Positions 19,408 to 29,639 of a DNA stretch of 64,000 nucleotides are shown one piece after another. Each line of letters begins with the position of its first letter. Position 1 is the first letter of the stretch. Source of the DNA: an uncultured Candidatus Saccharibacteria bacterium. Lineage in GTDB: Bacteria > Patescibacteriota > Minisyncoccia > Phycocordibacterales > CSBR16-119. Where the stretch lies: the NCBI GenBank assembly GCA_964557535.1, contig CAZLAD010000003.1:89671-153670 (forward strand), read 5' to 3'. The position numbers and the translations under genes were made by a program. The notes below the pieces were generated by a model. The model did not search any database. It worked only from the letters and a program-made list of their open reading frames with translations, and was not told the DNA's origin.

Positions 19408-19534
19408 TTCTCGTTCCTTGTCCGACTACCGGTTTGAGTAAAATCAAATAGGTGGGAAGGCTTGCTTTTCTTTGGCCTTTTCTTTACTCTTTGACTAGAA
19501 ACGAGAACCACAACAACGAAAACCCAACCTCAAC

Positions 19535-20395
19535 ATGGAAACCTTGACTCGTATTGAAATGCCAGCATTGTCTGGTGAGAAAATGTGGACCATCCTTCAG
19601 GACAAACAATCAAACGTGTTTCGTTGGAAGGATTACGCGGAATGTAATCCAAGGCTATCCAAGCAAAGCAACGCCGAACATGTCCCCTCTGTCGGCAGAC
19701 TCTTTCATGATGTCGTGCCGGCATTGAAGTACCACAACCCGGGCTTGAACGTCGAATTGCTATTGGGAGCTATTCACTACCACGAGGATGGCGAAGCCTT
19801 GATTGGTAGCGATGAGCTGTGGCACAACAAAGGCCAGGAACGGGACTTGCTCGAATACAAGGCCTTTCTCGAATCTATCGCCGACAACGATGTGACGATA
19901 CGGGGGAGGTCAGAGGAGATGTTTCTTCTTCAATTCATCACTGGCCCAACTGACCTACTCGAAGCCTATAACATGGGCACAGCGAATTGGCTCAGACATT
20001 TGCGGAAGAACTTCTCTCTGGAGGGGAAGGTCTTCAATGCCCTTGAGAAGGCCGACTACTACATGTATGCCAAGAAGCGTGGCTACGACGAGTGCGGAGA
20101 CGTGGTCATCTTGGTGCATGTTTTACGAAACCACACAGGTCCTTTGGATGAATACGCCAAGACCATTCCTGGCTTCCGGGAGCATGTGTGGACACAAGCT
20201 CATTCTGAATCGGCCAAGGAGTTCATGGAGCGTTATGCCGGAATTCCGGGGCCCAAGGACCCAGGCGGAATTCCGGCCGCCTATGAGTGGGCTTACGCGA
20301 ACGGTTACATGGAGCGTCCGATCGAAATCGGTGTGGTGGTCGACAAGAGCCCAGCCTTTGGAATCTTTGGAGACGATCCCAGGGGTGGCGCTTGA
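19535..20395 (+). CDS. Hypothetical protein in a GC-rich island; no recognised domain
   Basis: Long ORF; A/C-rich leader aaacccaacctcaacATGG; followed by the hairpin aggacccc gaga ggggtcct. Confidence 0.5.
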   Translation: METLTRIEMPALSGEKMWTILQDKQSNVFRWKDYAECNPRLSKQSNAEHVPSVGRLFHDVVPALKYHNPGLNVELLLGAIHYHEDGEALIGSDELWHNKGQERDLLEYKAFLESIADNDVTIRGRSEEMFLLQFITGPTDLLEAYNMGTANWLRHLRKNFSLEGKVFNALEKADYYMYAKKRGYDECGDVVILVHVLRNHTGPLDEYAKTIPGFREHVWTQAHSESAKEFMERYAGIPGPKDPGGIPAAYEWAYANGYMERPIEIGVVVDKSPAFGIFGDDPRGGA

Positions 20396-20439
20396 AAGGC
20401 ACAAGTAAAATGAGAGGACCCCGAGAGGGGTCCTTTTCA

Positions 20440-20934
20440 TTAATCTTTCTTTCTATATTCCACAAACCAATATTTTATTCCATCACTCGTTTCAAATGGT
20501 CCTTCACGTCTTATTTCTTCGAAAGTATTTTTAAATTCTGGAAAATACGTATCAGCCTCTTTTTGTCCTTCAATTTCTGTCAGATACAGCGTGTCGGCAT
20601 GGGGAAGAGCTTCGGCGAAAACTCGAGCACCGCCAATGACAGCAATTTCTGAATCAATCTTTTTCGCTTCAGAAATTGCCTCATCCAAGTTGTTGCATGT
20701 GAGGACTAGAGGTCCGACCTCTAGTCCGGTTGAAGTAACGACGATATTAGTTCGGCCTGGAAGTGGGCGGAATTTCTCCGGTAGGGATTCCCAGGTTCGT
20801 CGGCCCATGATGACCGGATGGCCCATGGTAAGGTCTTTGAAGCGTTTTAGATCGGCTGGGATTTTAAAAAGTAGGTCGTTTTCAAACCCGAGACCCAAAT
20901 CGTCTTTTTGAATAGATGAAATGATGAAAATCAT
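20440..20934 (-). CDS. folA: Dihydrofolate reductase
   Basis: IAVIGGARVF and GRRTWESLP motifs. Confidence 0.85.
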   Translation of the reverse strand: MIFIISSIQKDDLGLGFENDLLFKIPADLKRFKDLTMGHPVIMGRRTWESLPEKFRPLPGRTNIVVTSTGLEVGPLVLTCNNLDEAISEAKKIDSEIAVIGGARVFAEALPHADTLYLTEIEGQKEADTYFPEFKNTFEEIRREGPFETSDGIKYWFVEYRKKD

Positions 20935-20996
20935 ATAAATACCATCATAATGTCAATTGCGGTTTTTGCCAAAGGGTAGAGTATAATTGGCCTACT

Positions 20997-21674
20997 ATGG
21001 CCGTATCAAAAGAGATTGAAATCAAAAGCCTTTTAGGTGACGAAAATAACGCAAATATTTTTAGAGAAAAGTTATTGGTCAAATATCCAGATGCCAAAGT
21101 TTTGCCAAAAACTTCTCAACTAAATCATTATTTCATTGAAGGTGATTTTGAAGCCCTGAGAAATAAAATTTCTTCTAAATTAAACACCGATCAGATAAAC
21201 GAACTCGCCGAGATTATTGAAAAGGGGAAGACATTTTCTGTCAGAACTCGCGAAACAGATGGCAAGGTCATGCTTGTTTTGAAGGCGTCTTTGGGTGAAG
21301 ACACTTCGCACAACGGAGTTTCTCGTATGGAATTCGAAGAAGTCGTTCCGATGACTTTGAATGAACTCGACGAGCTTTTGCTTTCTTGTGGTTTCAAATA
21401 TCAGGCCAAGTGGTCTCGCGAGCGTGTTGAATACGTTTTACCAAATATGAATGTAACGCTTGATAAAAATGCCGGTTACGGATACTTAACAGAATTTGAA
21501 TCTGTAATTTCTGAAGACGAAGACATTGAACTCACCAAAAAGAAACTTTTAGAAGAAATGAATTCTTTTGGTTTGACAGAACTTCCACAAGCGCGAATCG
21601 AGAGAATGTTTGCTTATTACAACGAGCATTGGCCGGACTATTATGGTACGGACAAGGTTTTTAATATAGAATAA
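20997..21674 (+). CDS. CYTH-domain protein (CyaB / triphosphatase family)
   Basis: N-terminal EIEIK signature (KEIEIKSLL). Confidence 0.55.
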   Translation: MAVSKEIEIKSLLGDENNANIFREKLLVKYPDAKVLPKTSQLNHYFIEGDFEALRNKISSKLNTDQINELAEIIEKGKTFSVRTRETDGKVMLVLKASLGEDTSHNGVSRMEFEEVVPMTLNELDELLLSCGFKYQAKWSRERVEYVLPNMNVTLDKNAGYGYLTEFESVISEDEDIELTKKKLLEEMNSFGLTELPQARIERMFAYYNEHWPDYYGTDKVFNIE

Positions 21675-21679
21675 TTTTT

Positions 21680-22261
21680 ATGTTTTTATCTGACGTTGAT
21701 ATCAAAAAGAAGTTGAAGACTGGTGAAATCGTCATCAAGCCTTTTTCTGAAAAAAAATTACAATTGGCTAGTTATGATGTGACCCTCGACAATGAATTCA
21801 AGGTTGTCGACAGGCATAGCACGATAGTCGTCGATCCGGCCAAGAAAATTTTCCCAAAGACGAAGACGACGATTATCAAAGACGGCGAGGCCTTCGTCCT
21901 GCACCCAGGCGAAACAGTTCTCGGCAAACAGCGAGAATTTATTGGCGTTGATCACAAACATCTAATTCTTTTGTCTGGCAAAAGTTCTTTGGCACGCGTG
22001 GGTATTGCAGTTCACACAACCGCCATGCTTTTCAATCCGGGACATCATTTTTACCCGACTTTCGAGCTCCTAAATACTAGCAATGTTCCCGTAATCTTGC
22101 GTCCTGGAATGGAAATTGCACAGATAATCTTTGCCGAACTCGCAAGCGAATCAGGCAAGACTTACGAGGGAGTTCTCGGCGTCGGTCGTTTTGATAGTCA
22201 AAATTCCGACCATTTCCGAACCAAGAAAAAAGTCGCAAAAAAATCTAAAAATAAAAAATAA
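21680..22261 (+). CDS. dcd: dCTP deaminase
   Basis: dUTPase-fold dCTP deaminase similarity. Confidence 0.75.
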   Translation: MFLSDVDIKKKLKTGEIVIKPFSEKKLQLASYDVTLDNEFKVVDRHSTIVVDPAKKIFPKTKTTIIKDGEAFVLHPGETVLGKQREFIGVDHKHLILLSGKSSLARVGIAVHTTAMLFNPGHHFYPTFELLNTSNVPVILRPGMEIAQIIFAELASESGKTYEGVLGVGRFDSQNSDHFRTKKKVAKKSKNKK

Positions 22262-22262
22262 T

Positions 22263-23252
22263 ATGGAAAAAAGACATCCGGAGTACCAATATCTAGACTT
22301 GCTCAAAGAAATCATGGCCGATGGTTTTGAAAAGCAGGTATTTGGTCACGAAAAATCAGTCAAATCAGTTTTTGGCCGGATGATGAGATATGATTTGTCA
22401 AAAGAGTTTCCGCTCCTGACGACCAAGAAAGTTTTTTGGAAAGGAATCGTCCATGAGCTTCTGTGGTTTCTTCGCGGAGATACGAACATAAAAGATTTGG
22501 CCGATAAGGGTGTCCATATCTGGGATGATTGGCCTTACAAAGATTACAAGGTTGCAATAGATAAGGGCGAAGTACCAAATCTAACACAAGACGAATTTAT
22601 AGAAAAAATCAAAAACGAACCAGCCGATAGTGAATTTGTTAAAAAGTGGGGTGAACTCGGTCCTGTTTATGGGCGTCAGTGGCGTAAATGGCCGGCTGCA
22701 GACGGGAGAATAATTGATCAACTTTATTGGGCAATCGAAAAGACCAAGAAATATCCAGACAGAAAACACGTCGTTGTCTCTGCTTGGAATCCCGAGTATG
22801 TCTATGAAATGGCGCTACCAGGCACCTCGATGGCTATTCCTCCATGTCACACACTTTTTAATATAAATGTTACGAATGGCAGACTTTCTCTCGCGCTTTA
22901 TCAGCGTTCGGCGGACATGTTTTTGGGCGTGCCGTTTAACATTGCTTCTTATTCGCTTTTGACTTTGATTTTGGCCCAAGTCTGCGGATACGAGCCAGGC
23001 GAGTTTGTGCATTTTCTGGGAGACACTCACATATACAGCGATCATTATGATGCCGTGCGCGAGCAATTGGAGCGCGAACCAAAACCTTTTCCAAAAGTTA
23101 AAATAAATCCCGACAAGAAAAACATCGACGATTTTGTTTTTGAAGATTTCGAACTAGTTGACTACGATTCTCATGGAACGATAAAGGCAGATATCACGGC
23201 GGTGGGTGGGTTCGACGAAAAGGATAGAGATAAATTTACAAAGAAGTCTTAA
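22263..23252 (+). CDS. thyA: Thymidylate synthase (ThyA type); start placed at MEKRHPEYQYL
   Basis: YQYLDLL.., LPPCHTLFNINV.., RSADMFLGVPFNIASY. Confidence 0.9.
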   Translation: MEKRHPEYQYLDLLKEIMADGFEKQVFGHEKSVKSVFGRMMRYDLSKEFPLLTTKKVFWKGIVHELLWFLRGDTNIKDLADKGVHIWDDWPYKDYKVAIDKGEVPNLTQDEFIEKIKNEPADSEFVKKWGELGPVYGRQWRKWPAADGRIIDQLYWAIEKTKKYPDRKHVVVSAWNPEYVYEMALPGTSMAIPPCHTLFNINVTNGRLSLALYQRSADMFLGVPFNIASYSLLTLILAQVCGYEPGEFVHFLGDTHIYSDHYDAVREQLEREPKPFPKVKINPDKKNIDDFVFEDFELVDYDSHGTIKADITAVGGFDEKDRDKFTKKS

Positions 23253-23265
23253 TTGACAATTTGTT

Positions 23266-23595
23266 GTGTGCGGGTGTAAGCTCATGAAAACTCCAACCAC
23301 CATGGACACACTGGAAGTAGTTCGTTTGAGAAAACCGGTTGGGGTGCCGATTCAAAAATCTACAGGCAAACCACCCTTTCCACCATTAGACGATGATGAA
23401 CCAGACGACGACGATGATGACAAAGGACGTATCTGGGACGGTCTCAGTGTCATTGTCGTGTTGATTGTTCTTGTTTCGTCTCTCTTGTGGCTGACTCGTC
23501 GTTGGTTGATTTCTGATCACCTCTGGCGCCACAAGGCACAAGAAGTAGCCTCGGCTCGCTTTGGTTATCATCAGCCACTTGGCTCAATGCTCTAG
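23266..23595 (+). CDS. Small membrane protein with an acidic DDDEPDDDDDDK tract and one TM helix; moderately GC-rich
   Basis: ORF followed by a gccccg ttcg cggggc hairpin. Confidence 0.35.
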   Translation: MCGCKLMKTPTTMDTLEVVRLRKPVGVPIQKSTGKPPFPPLDDDEPDDDDDDKGRIWDGLSVIVVLIVLVSSLLWLTRRWLISDHLWRHKAQEVASARFGYHQPLGSML

Positions 23596-23649
23596 GTGAG
23601 ATGCCCCGTTCGCGGGGCTTTCACGTTTATGCTAGAATTGCGCCAGCTC

Positions 23650-23728
23650 TCCCGCGAGTGTAGCGGTCGCTTCCGGGATAATTGCTTATGTCTTTTATTA
23701 TTAAAGACCGCGACATATCACTAACGGG
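23650..23728 (+). promoter_or_regulatory. Partial E-family leader (E5): 3' half only (tagcggt..agaccgcgac..atatcactaacggg), ending at the glyA ATG
   Basis: Matches the 3' halves of E1 and E4; no matching 5' arm found. Confidence 0.35.
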
Positions 23729-25063
23729 ATGAAAAAATCCTACATAGAAAATCAGGACAAAGAAATCTACCGAGCTATCAAAGGCGAAGAGAAGCGCGAG
23801 GCCGAGGGACTCGAGCTTATTCCATCTGAAAATTATGTCTCACAAGCCGTGCTTGAGGCAAACGGTTCGGTGTTTACCAACAAATATTCCGAGGGCTATC
23901 CAAGCAAGCGTTATTATGGCGGTCAAGATTTTACTGATGTTGTCGAAAATTTAGCTATCAAACGGGCGTGTAAACTTTTCAAATGCAAATTTGCCAATGT
24001 CCAACCGCTTTCTGGTGCGCCAGCAAACATGGCCGTGTACGCGGCACTTCTTGAACCAGGCGACACGGTGCTTGGGATGGATCTTTCTCATGGCGGACAT
24101 TTGACCCATGGACATCCGGTAACTTTCCCAGCCAAAGTTTTCAAATTTGTTCGCTATAAAATGAAAAACATCGAGACGGGCGAAATTGATTATGCTGAAC
24201 TGCGCAAAGTTGCTCTTACCGAAAAACCAAAAATAATTCTCGCTGGATTTTCGGCATATCCGCGAAATCTAGACTACAAGAAATTCGTTTCGATTGCGCG
24301 CGAAGTTGGCGCTATCACTGTTGCGGACATGGCGCACATTGCTGGGCTTATTGCAGGAGGCGCCCTCGCGAACCCTTTTGACGCTGGATTTGACGTCATC
24401 ACTACCACGACTCACAAGACTCTACGCGGTCCGCGCGGTGGCATGATTCTCGTTCGTGATAGCGAGGAAATAATTGCGAAAATTAACAAAGCTGTTTTTC
24501 CAGGACTTCAGGGAGGGCCTCATATGAACGTCATCTCGGCCAAAGCCGTGGCATTTGGTGAAGCGCTGAAGCCGTCGTTTAAAAAATATGCCAAGCAAGT
24601 TTTGAAAAATGCCAAGGCGATGGAAAAAGTTTTCAAACGCGAAAAGATCCGCATGATTGGCGGGGGGACTGACAATCATTTGATTCTTGCTGACGTTTTT
24701 GGCTCCCTCGGCGTCACAGGTAAAGAAGCCCAGACCGTGCTCGATGAAGTTGGTATAACTTTGAATATGAATGCAATTGCCGATGATACGCGAAAGCCAC
24801 TCGACCCTTCGGGTATCAGATTCGGAACCCCAGCTATTACAACTCGTGGATTCAAGGAAAAAGATTGTGCACGTGTTGCCGAAATTATGATTGAAGTTTT
24901 ACGCGATTTTGCTTATAAAAAGATAAACCCCCACACCAAGTTTTCACATGCGCAAAAAAAATCTTTGAAGGGTAATCAAAAACTTGGTGTAGGGGTAAAA
25001 GAAAAAGCTAAAAAAGAAATCCAAAAAATGGCCAAAAAATTCCCAATTCCAAAAAAGTTCTAA
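23729..25063 (+). CDS. glyA: Serine hydroxymethyltransferase
   Basis: Conserved SHMT sequence incl. TTTTHKTLRGPRGG. Confidence 0.92.
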   Translation: MKKSYIENQDKEIYRAIKGEEKREAEGLELIPSENYVSQAVLEANGSVFTNKYSEGYPSKRYYGGQDFTDVVENLAIKRACKLFKCKFANVQPLSGAPANMAVYAALLEPGDTVLGMDLSHGGHLTHGHPVTFPAKVFKFVRYKMKNIETGEIDYAELRKVALTEKPKIILAGFSAYPRNLDYKKFVSIAREVGAITVADMAHIAGLIAGGALANPFDAGFDVITTTTHKTLRGPRGGMILVRDSEEIIAKINKAVFPGLQGGPHMNVISAKAVAFGEALKPSFKKYAKQVLKNAKAMEKVFKREKIRMIGGGTDNHLILADVFGSLGVTGKEAQTVLDEVGITLNMNAIADDTRKPLDPSGIRFGTPAITTRGFKEKDCARVAEIMIEVLRDFAYKKINPHTKFSHAQKKSLKGNQKLGVGVKEKAKKEIQKMAKKFPIPKKF

Positions 25064-25139
25064 ACTTTTGACAAAAGTCTAGATAAGAGTAAACTCGTCT
25101 TTGTAACAGTTCACAAAAACCCCTCAAAACTCAACAACC

Positions 25140-26087
25140 ATGGAGCATCTTCCTGAAATCGATCCTTTGTTCGAGGAGCACATCCTCTGTGTTCTTGAAG
25201 CCGAAAGTTGGCTGAGAAAGAACATCTCTCCTGTTCCGGAAGTGGCCGTCATTCTAGGCTCTGCTGGTCCGAAAGCTCTGAAGAATTATTTCTACACAGG
25301 TGACCAGTTCGATCCACGTAGTTGGATTGATCATCCTTTTCCAAGGGGCGTACCGAAGCCAAAAGCAAAAGGACACGAAGCCAAAATGCGGGTCGGCGAG
25401 ATCAATGGTACTCGCGTGCTGTTGGTGATGGGTCGGGTTCATTTCTACGAGTGGCCCACAAATCCATATCGGTACACTACGCTGGTTCGTGCGCTTGGTC
25501 GTTTCGGCATCAAAAACCTCGTTTTGGTTAATGCTGCCGGTGCACTCAATTCTTCCTACGCGCCCGGAGATGTGTGTATCGTATCCGACGTTGATCCGAG
25601 CTACATGGGACACACCCCACTTGGCGGTGACAAGGACCAGATGGAGGAGTATTTCGGAGCACAATTCACTCCGCTCAATCCTGGTCTTGACCGCAAGTTC
25701 CAAGAGCTCGCGGCCGGCATAACTTACTCTGGTGGGGCGCTACATACCAACGCTACATACGCGGCGACCGCTGGCGGGTATTACGAGTCTGCGTTGCAGG
25801 CTCGGAATTTGCCGGAATCCATTGGTTTGGCTGGAATGTCTTCTATTGGGGAGTTCATGGTCGCACACCAGCTTGACATGAGAGTGGCGATGCTTTCTGT
25901 GGTGACCAATATGGTCGAGAAGCAAATCATCGATCCAAACAAAGCGGTTGATCATGAGAGCGTGGTCAGTGAGGCGGAAAAGGTCGACAACGTTTTTGCG
26001 GAATACCTTGCAGAACTTGTCGCGCTCATTGGCAAGGAGGTGCAAAAAGAAGCGCGGTTACTCGAAGAGGTTCGGGGGGTTGAATGA
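25140..26087 (+). CDS. Purine nucleoside / MTA phosphorylase family protein (PNP_UDP_1, PunA-like, divergent); GC-rich island
   Basis: VLLVMGRVHFYE, LVNAAGALN, GMSSIGEFMVAHQLDMRVAMLSVVTN. Confidence 0.6.
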   Translation: MEHLPEIDPLFEEHILCVLEAESWLRKNISPVPEVAVILGSAGPKALKNYFYTGDQFDPRSWIDHPFPRGVPKPKAKGHEAKMRVGEINGTRVLLVMGRVHFYEWPTNPYRYTTLVRALGRFGIKNLVLVNAAGALNSSYAPGDVCIVSDVDPSYMGHTPLGGDKDQMEEYFGAQFTPLNPGLDRKFQELAAGITYSGGALHTNATYAATAGGYYESALQARNLPESIGLAGMSSIGEFMVAHQLDMRVAMLSVVTNMVEKQIIDPNKAVDHESVVSEAEKVDNVFAEYLAELVALIGKEVQKEARLLEEVRGVE

Positions 26088-26117
26088 TGAAAGCGTTGCT
26101 TTCAGGCGACGCGAAAA

Positions 26118-26150
26118 GGGGGCTTCGGCCCCCTTTTCCTTTTTGTGTTA
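26118..26150 (+). terminator. Terminator (aaaagggggc ttcg gcccccttttcctttttg)
   Basis: Perfect stem with UUCG loop. Confidence 0.55.
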
Positions 26151-26182
26151 AAATAGTCTTATTAGAATTTAAAACAGATATT

Positions 26183-26551
26183 ATGGAAAATGTATATTTC
26201 TTGGGCAGGCTTATTTTGGGAGCATACTTTCTGTACAATGCTTACAATCATTTTGCCAACATTGAGGCTTTGACTGGTTATGCTGGCTCGAAAAAAGTTC
26301 CTCATCCAAAAATCGCTGTGGCGGTGACGGGAGCAATGCTTTTTGTCGGTGGTGTAGCAATTTTGACGGGCATGAGTATGGTACTCGGAGCTTGGATTTT
26401 GGTGGCATTTCTCGTTGTTACAAGTTTCATGATGCATGCTTATTGGAAACTTCCGGATACAATGGCTCTGAAAATGTCAGAAAAAATAAATTTTACTAAA
26501 AACATGGCTCTCGTTGGGGCATTGTTGATGATCATCGCGCTTGCGTCATAG
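26183..26551 (+). CDS. DoxX-family membrane protein
   Basis: MENVYFLGRLILGAYFLYNAYNHF.. four TM helices. Confidence 0.6.
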   Translation: MENVYFLGRLILGAYFLYNAYNHFANIEALTGYAGSKKVPHPKIAVAVTGAMLFVGGVAILTGMSMVLGAWILVAFLVVTSFMMHAYWKLPDTMALKMSEKINFTKNMALVGALLMIIALAS

Positions 26552-26574
26552 TAGCGCTTCGCAGAATACAATTC

Positions 26575-26660
26575 ACGTAGAAAATCCGCCTTTATTGGGC
26601 GGATTTTCTACTGCGGGACGTCCTTAGATTTTTAAATTGTATTCTGCTACGCTCGAAAAT
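26575..26660. terminator. Nested bidirectional terminator between convergent DoxX and YceI genes (14-bp hairpin gtagaaaatccgcc/ggcggattttctac inside the 13-bp inverted repeat gcagaatacaatt)
   Basis: Perfect inverted repeats. Confidence 0.55.
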
Positions 26661-26661
26661 T

Positions 26662-27348
26662 TTACTTCGTTACTACTTTGAAGGCTAGTGTAAATTCATC
26701 GTTTATGACATTGTCACCCAAGTCTTGGAAAAATTTAGTTGATCCAAATCTGACGTCATAAACAGTGCGATCGATTGTGGTGGTACCTTCGATTGTGACT
26801 TTGTCGCCCGTGGTTATGACTTCTACAGGAAATGTTATCGCCTGAGTTGTTTCTTTTATTGTGAGGTCGCCAGTTAGCATATATGTGTCTCCGGCCTCGT
26901 GTGATACTGAAGTTATGACGAATTTTGATTCCGGATATTTTGTCGCACCGAAGAAATCATCGGATTTTAGGTGATCACTTAGTCTGTCTTGTCCACCACC
27001 AGCGCCAGTAGAAGTTGCTTTGATTGTACTCATATCAAACACCACCATTCCTCCGACGAGTTTGCCGTTATCGAACAAAGCGTTTCCTGATTTTATTTTG
27101 ATGGTGCCTTTATCAATCCAAGTTTTGATAATTTTCTTTGAGCCAGTCCAATCAGCTTCACTTGCCTGTGTATCGAAATCTCTCGAGCCATCAATGCTTT
27201 TGTCTCGAGTACTTGCGTCGCTTAATTGTGTGTCATACGATTGGTCTTGTAATACTTCTGTTGTCGGAGCCATGGTTGGTTTTCGAAGAATTAAAAATCC
27301 GACTACAACGATTGCGACCAAGATGATAAAAATTGTAAATCCTTTCAT
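26662..27348 (-). CDS. YceI-like periplasmic protein with N-terminal TM anchor
   Basis: YceI-like beta-barrel sequence. Confidence 0.6.
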   Translation of the reverse strand: MKGFTIFIILVAIVVVGFLILRKPTMAPTTEVLQDQSYDTQLSDASTRDKSIDGSRDFDTQASEADWTGSKKIIKTWIDKGTIKIKSGNALFDNGKLVGGMVVFDMSTIKATSTGAGGGQDRLSDHLKSDDFFGATKYPESKFVITSVSHEAGDTYMLTGDLTIKETTQAITFPVEVITTGDKVTIEGTTTIDRTVYDVRFGSTKFFQDLGDNVINDEFTLAFKVVTK

Positions 27349-27476
27349 GAAATTTATTTATTTAAACTTGTAATGGGGTTATTTTAGCATATTCTAAAAT
27401 CATTGAAATTCCTTCATAAATTGAACTCCTACGGCCGTAATTTATAGGCAAATTCAATGTATGCTAAAATCGGGGT

Positions 27477-29162
27477 GTGGAAATAAAGGAAATTATCAGG
27501 GGCCTTATAAAAGAGGCACTAGAGAAATTAAATATAAGCGTTGACGGTGTTGGGATAGACCATCCGGCGGAGGTTTCGCACGGTGATTATTCGACAAATG
27601 TCGCTTTTGCTTTGGCAAAAGCGACGAAGTCCAATCCGGTTGCACTTGCTGAAAGTATTGCTGTGGAAATTCCAAAGCATGAAATGGTTGCCAGTGTTAC
27701 GGTTGCGGCTGGTTTTATAAACTTTCACTTAGCGCCAAAATTTTTCCAATTGGAAATTGGAAAAATTTTGGCGCAAACTTATGAGTTCGGTCGTTCCAGT
27801 GTCCACGCTGGCAAACACATTCTCGTCGAACATTCCTCACCAAATCTTTTCAAACCATTTCATGTTGGCCATGTCATGAACAATGCAATAGGCGAGTCTG
27901 TTGCACGACTCGCCGAAGCTTCCGGCGCCAAGGTCACCAAAATGTCATATCCATCTGATGTGTCTCTTGGTATTGGCAAATCCGTCTGGGCGTTACTCGA
28001 GCATGGGGTAGCAGAACTTGAGTCTCTGCCAACGCTCGGTGAAAAATTGAAATTCTTGGGAAATTGCTATGTAGAGGGAACAAAAGCCTATGAAGAAAAT
28101 CCTAGTCTCATGCGCCGAGTTAAAGAGATCACCGAAATGATTTATGAAAAGACTCCTGGTGTCGAATATGATGCTTATCTATTGGGTAAAGATATAAGTC
28201 TCGGATATTTCCTCGATATCACCAAAAGACTCGGATCAGAATTTGATGACTTCATTTACGAATCAGAGGCGGGAGAAATTGGTAAAAAACTGGTTTTGGA
28301 AAATATTGGGAAAATTTTTGAAGAATCAGAAAGTGCCGTCGTTTACAAAGGTGAGAAAGACGGTCTGCATACGCGCGTATTTATCAATGCCGAAGGGTAT
28401 CCGACATATGAAGCCAAAGATATCGGACTTTTGTGGATGAAGTTCGAACGCAACAATCCAGATGTTTCGATATTGGTTACTGATAATCATCAGGCGTCAA
28501 CATTCGAAGTTGTTTTGAAGGCCTCTGAGGGTATCAATCCTGTTTGGTCAGAAAAAACTATTCACAAAACCCACGGTCGCATGAGCTTCAAAGGCAAGAA
28601 AATGTCGAGTCGACTTGGTGGGGTGCCAACAGCCGTAGAAGTTTTGGATACCGTACTTGAAGAAGTGGCTGAGCGCGCCAAGGAAGGCGCAGACGATGCT
28701 GACGCAGTTGCAATCGGCGCACTCAAATTTACAATCCTCCGTACCATGGCGGGCAAGGACATCAACTTTGATCCAGAAACATCGCTATCATTTGAAGGAG
28801 ACTCCGGACCGTACCTGCAATACACAAATGCGCGCATCAATTCTGTTTTAGAGAAAGCTTCTGCCGTCGGTCTTGTGCCAAAGTCTGAAAAAGAAATGGA
28901 AGATTTGCCAAACGATGTCGAGAAATTGGTTGCGAGATTTCCCGAAGTTGTTGAACTCGCTATCAGCGAATGGGCACCGCATCACATTACGACTTATCTT
29001 TTACAACTCGCGCGCGCGTTTAACTCTTGGTACGGTAATACGAAACTTATAGACGAGGAAAATAAAAACACGCCGTATAACTTGGCACTCGCCAAATCTG
29101 TCGGCATCGTCATCCAAAACGGCTTGCAACTTCTGGGTATAAAATCTCCAGAGCGAATGTAA
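27477..29162 (+). CDS. argS: Arginyl-tRNA synthetase (GTG start per ORF track)
   Basis: HSSPNLFKPFHVGH; KMS-like GKKMSSRLG. Confidence 0.85.
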   Translation: MEIKEIIRGLIKEALEKLNISVDGVGIDHPAEVSHGDYSTNVAFALAKATKSNPVALAESIAVEIPKHEMVASVTVAAGFINFHLAPKFFQLEIGKILAQTYEFGRSSVHAGKHILVEHSSPNLFKPFHVGHVMNNAIGESVARLAEASGAKVTKMSYPSDVSLGIGKSVWALLEHGVAELESLPTLGEKLKFLGNCYVEGTKAYEENPSLMRRVKEITEMIYEKTPGVEYDAYLLGKDISLGYFLDITKRLGSEFDDFIYESEAGEIGKKLVLENIGKIFEESESAVVYKGEKDGLHTRVFINAEGYPTYEAKDIGLLWMKFERNNPDVSILVTDNHQASTFEVVLKASEGINPVWSEKTIHKTHGRMSFKGKKMSSRLGGVPTAVEVLDTVLEEVAERAKEGADDADAVAIGALKFTILRTMAGKDINFDPETSLSFEGDSGPYLQYTNARINSVLEKASAVGLVPKSEKEMEDLPNDVEKLVARFPEVVELAISEWAPHHITTYLLQLARAFNSWYGNTKLIDEENKNTPYNLALAKSVGIVIQNGLQLLGIKSPERM

Positions 29163-29163
29163 A

Positions 29164-29297
29164 CCCGCACACCAATATTTTTTATCGCTTTTTGTTGTGC
29201 TAAAAAGTTATCAAATCAAATCAGGCTTGGTAATAATTTACAATATTACTTGGTCTATTTTTGAAAAAGCACAATAATAAAAATATTGGTGTGTGGG
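29164..29297. repeat. Family B palindromic element, copy B2 (cccgcacaccaatattttttatcgctttttgttgtgc ... gcacaataataaaaatattggtgtgtggg)
   Basis: Starts directly after the argS stop; core tggtaataattt..cttggtctatttttgaaaaagc shared with B1. Confidence 0.6.
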
Positions 29298-29639
29298 TAA
29301 AAGCAGCGAAGACCGATCGTATGATCGGCCTTCATGCTCGTAGCATTTGACGTGCAACATGTCGCACGTCTTTCGTTGCTGGTCTTTTTCTGTACCTCTT
29401 CCAGAACATGTAGCAGAAGAGCAGCAGGTTCTTGCGAACATATCGCTTCTTTTGCCCAAGTCTCTTGAAGGTCATGCCGGTCAGGTGCAGGTCGATGATT
29501 TGTCGTATCTTACGACGAACCATCATCTTTTGGACGGTTCGTAGTAATTTCACGTCAGTTGCGTTTGCTCACTTTATAACCCAAAATTTACAATTTTACA
29601 AACTTTTTCAAAGACCTTTTTTATGCTAAATTCAAGGGT

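Noticed and set aside
29300-29560. Possible transposase fragment (minus-strand 73-aa Arg/Lys-rich ORF 29332..29553) next to palindrome B2
   Set aside because: Only a short basic peptide with no recognisable DDE or HTH motifs and no terminal inverted repeats. It could equally be a non-coding spacer, so it is not called a mobile element.
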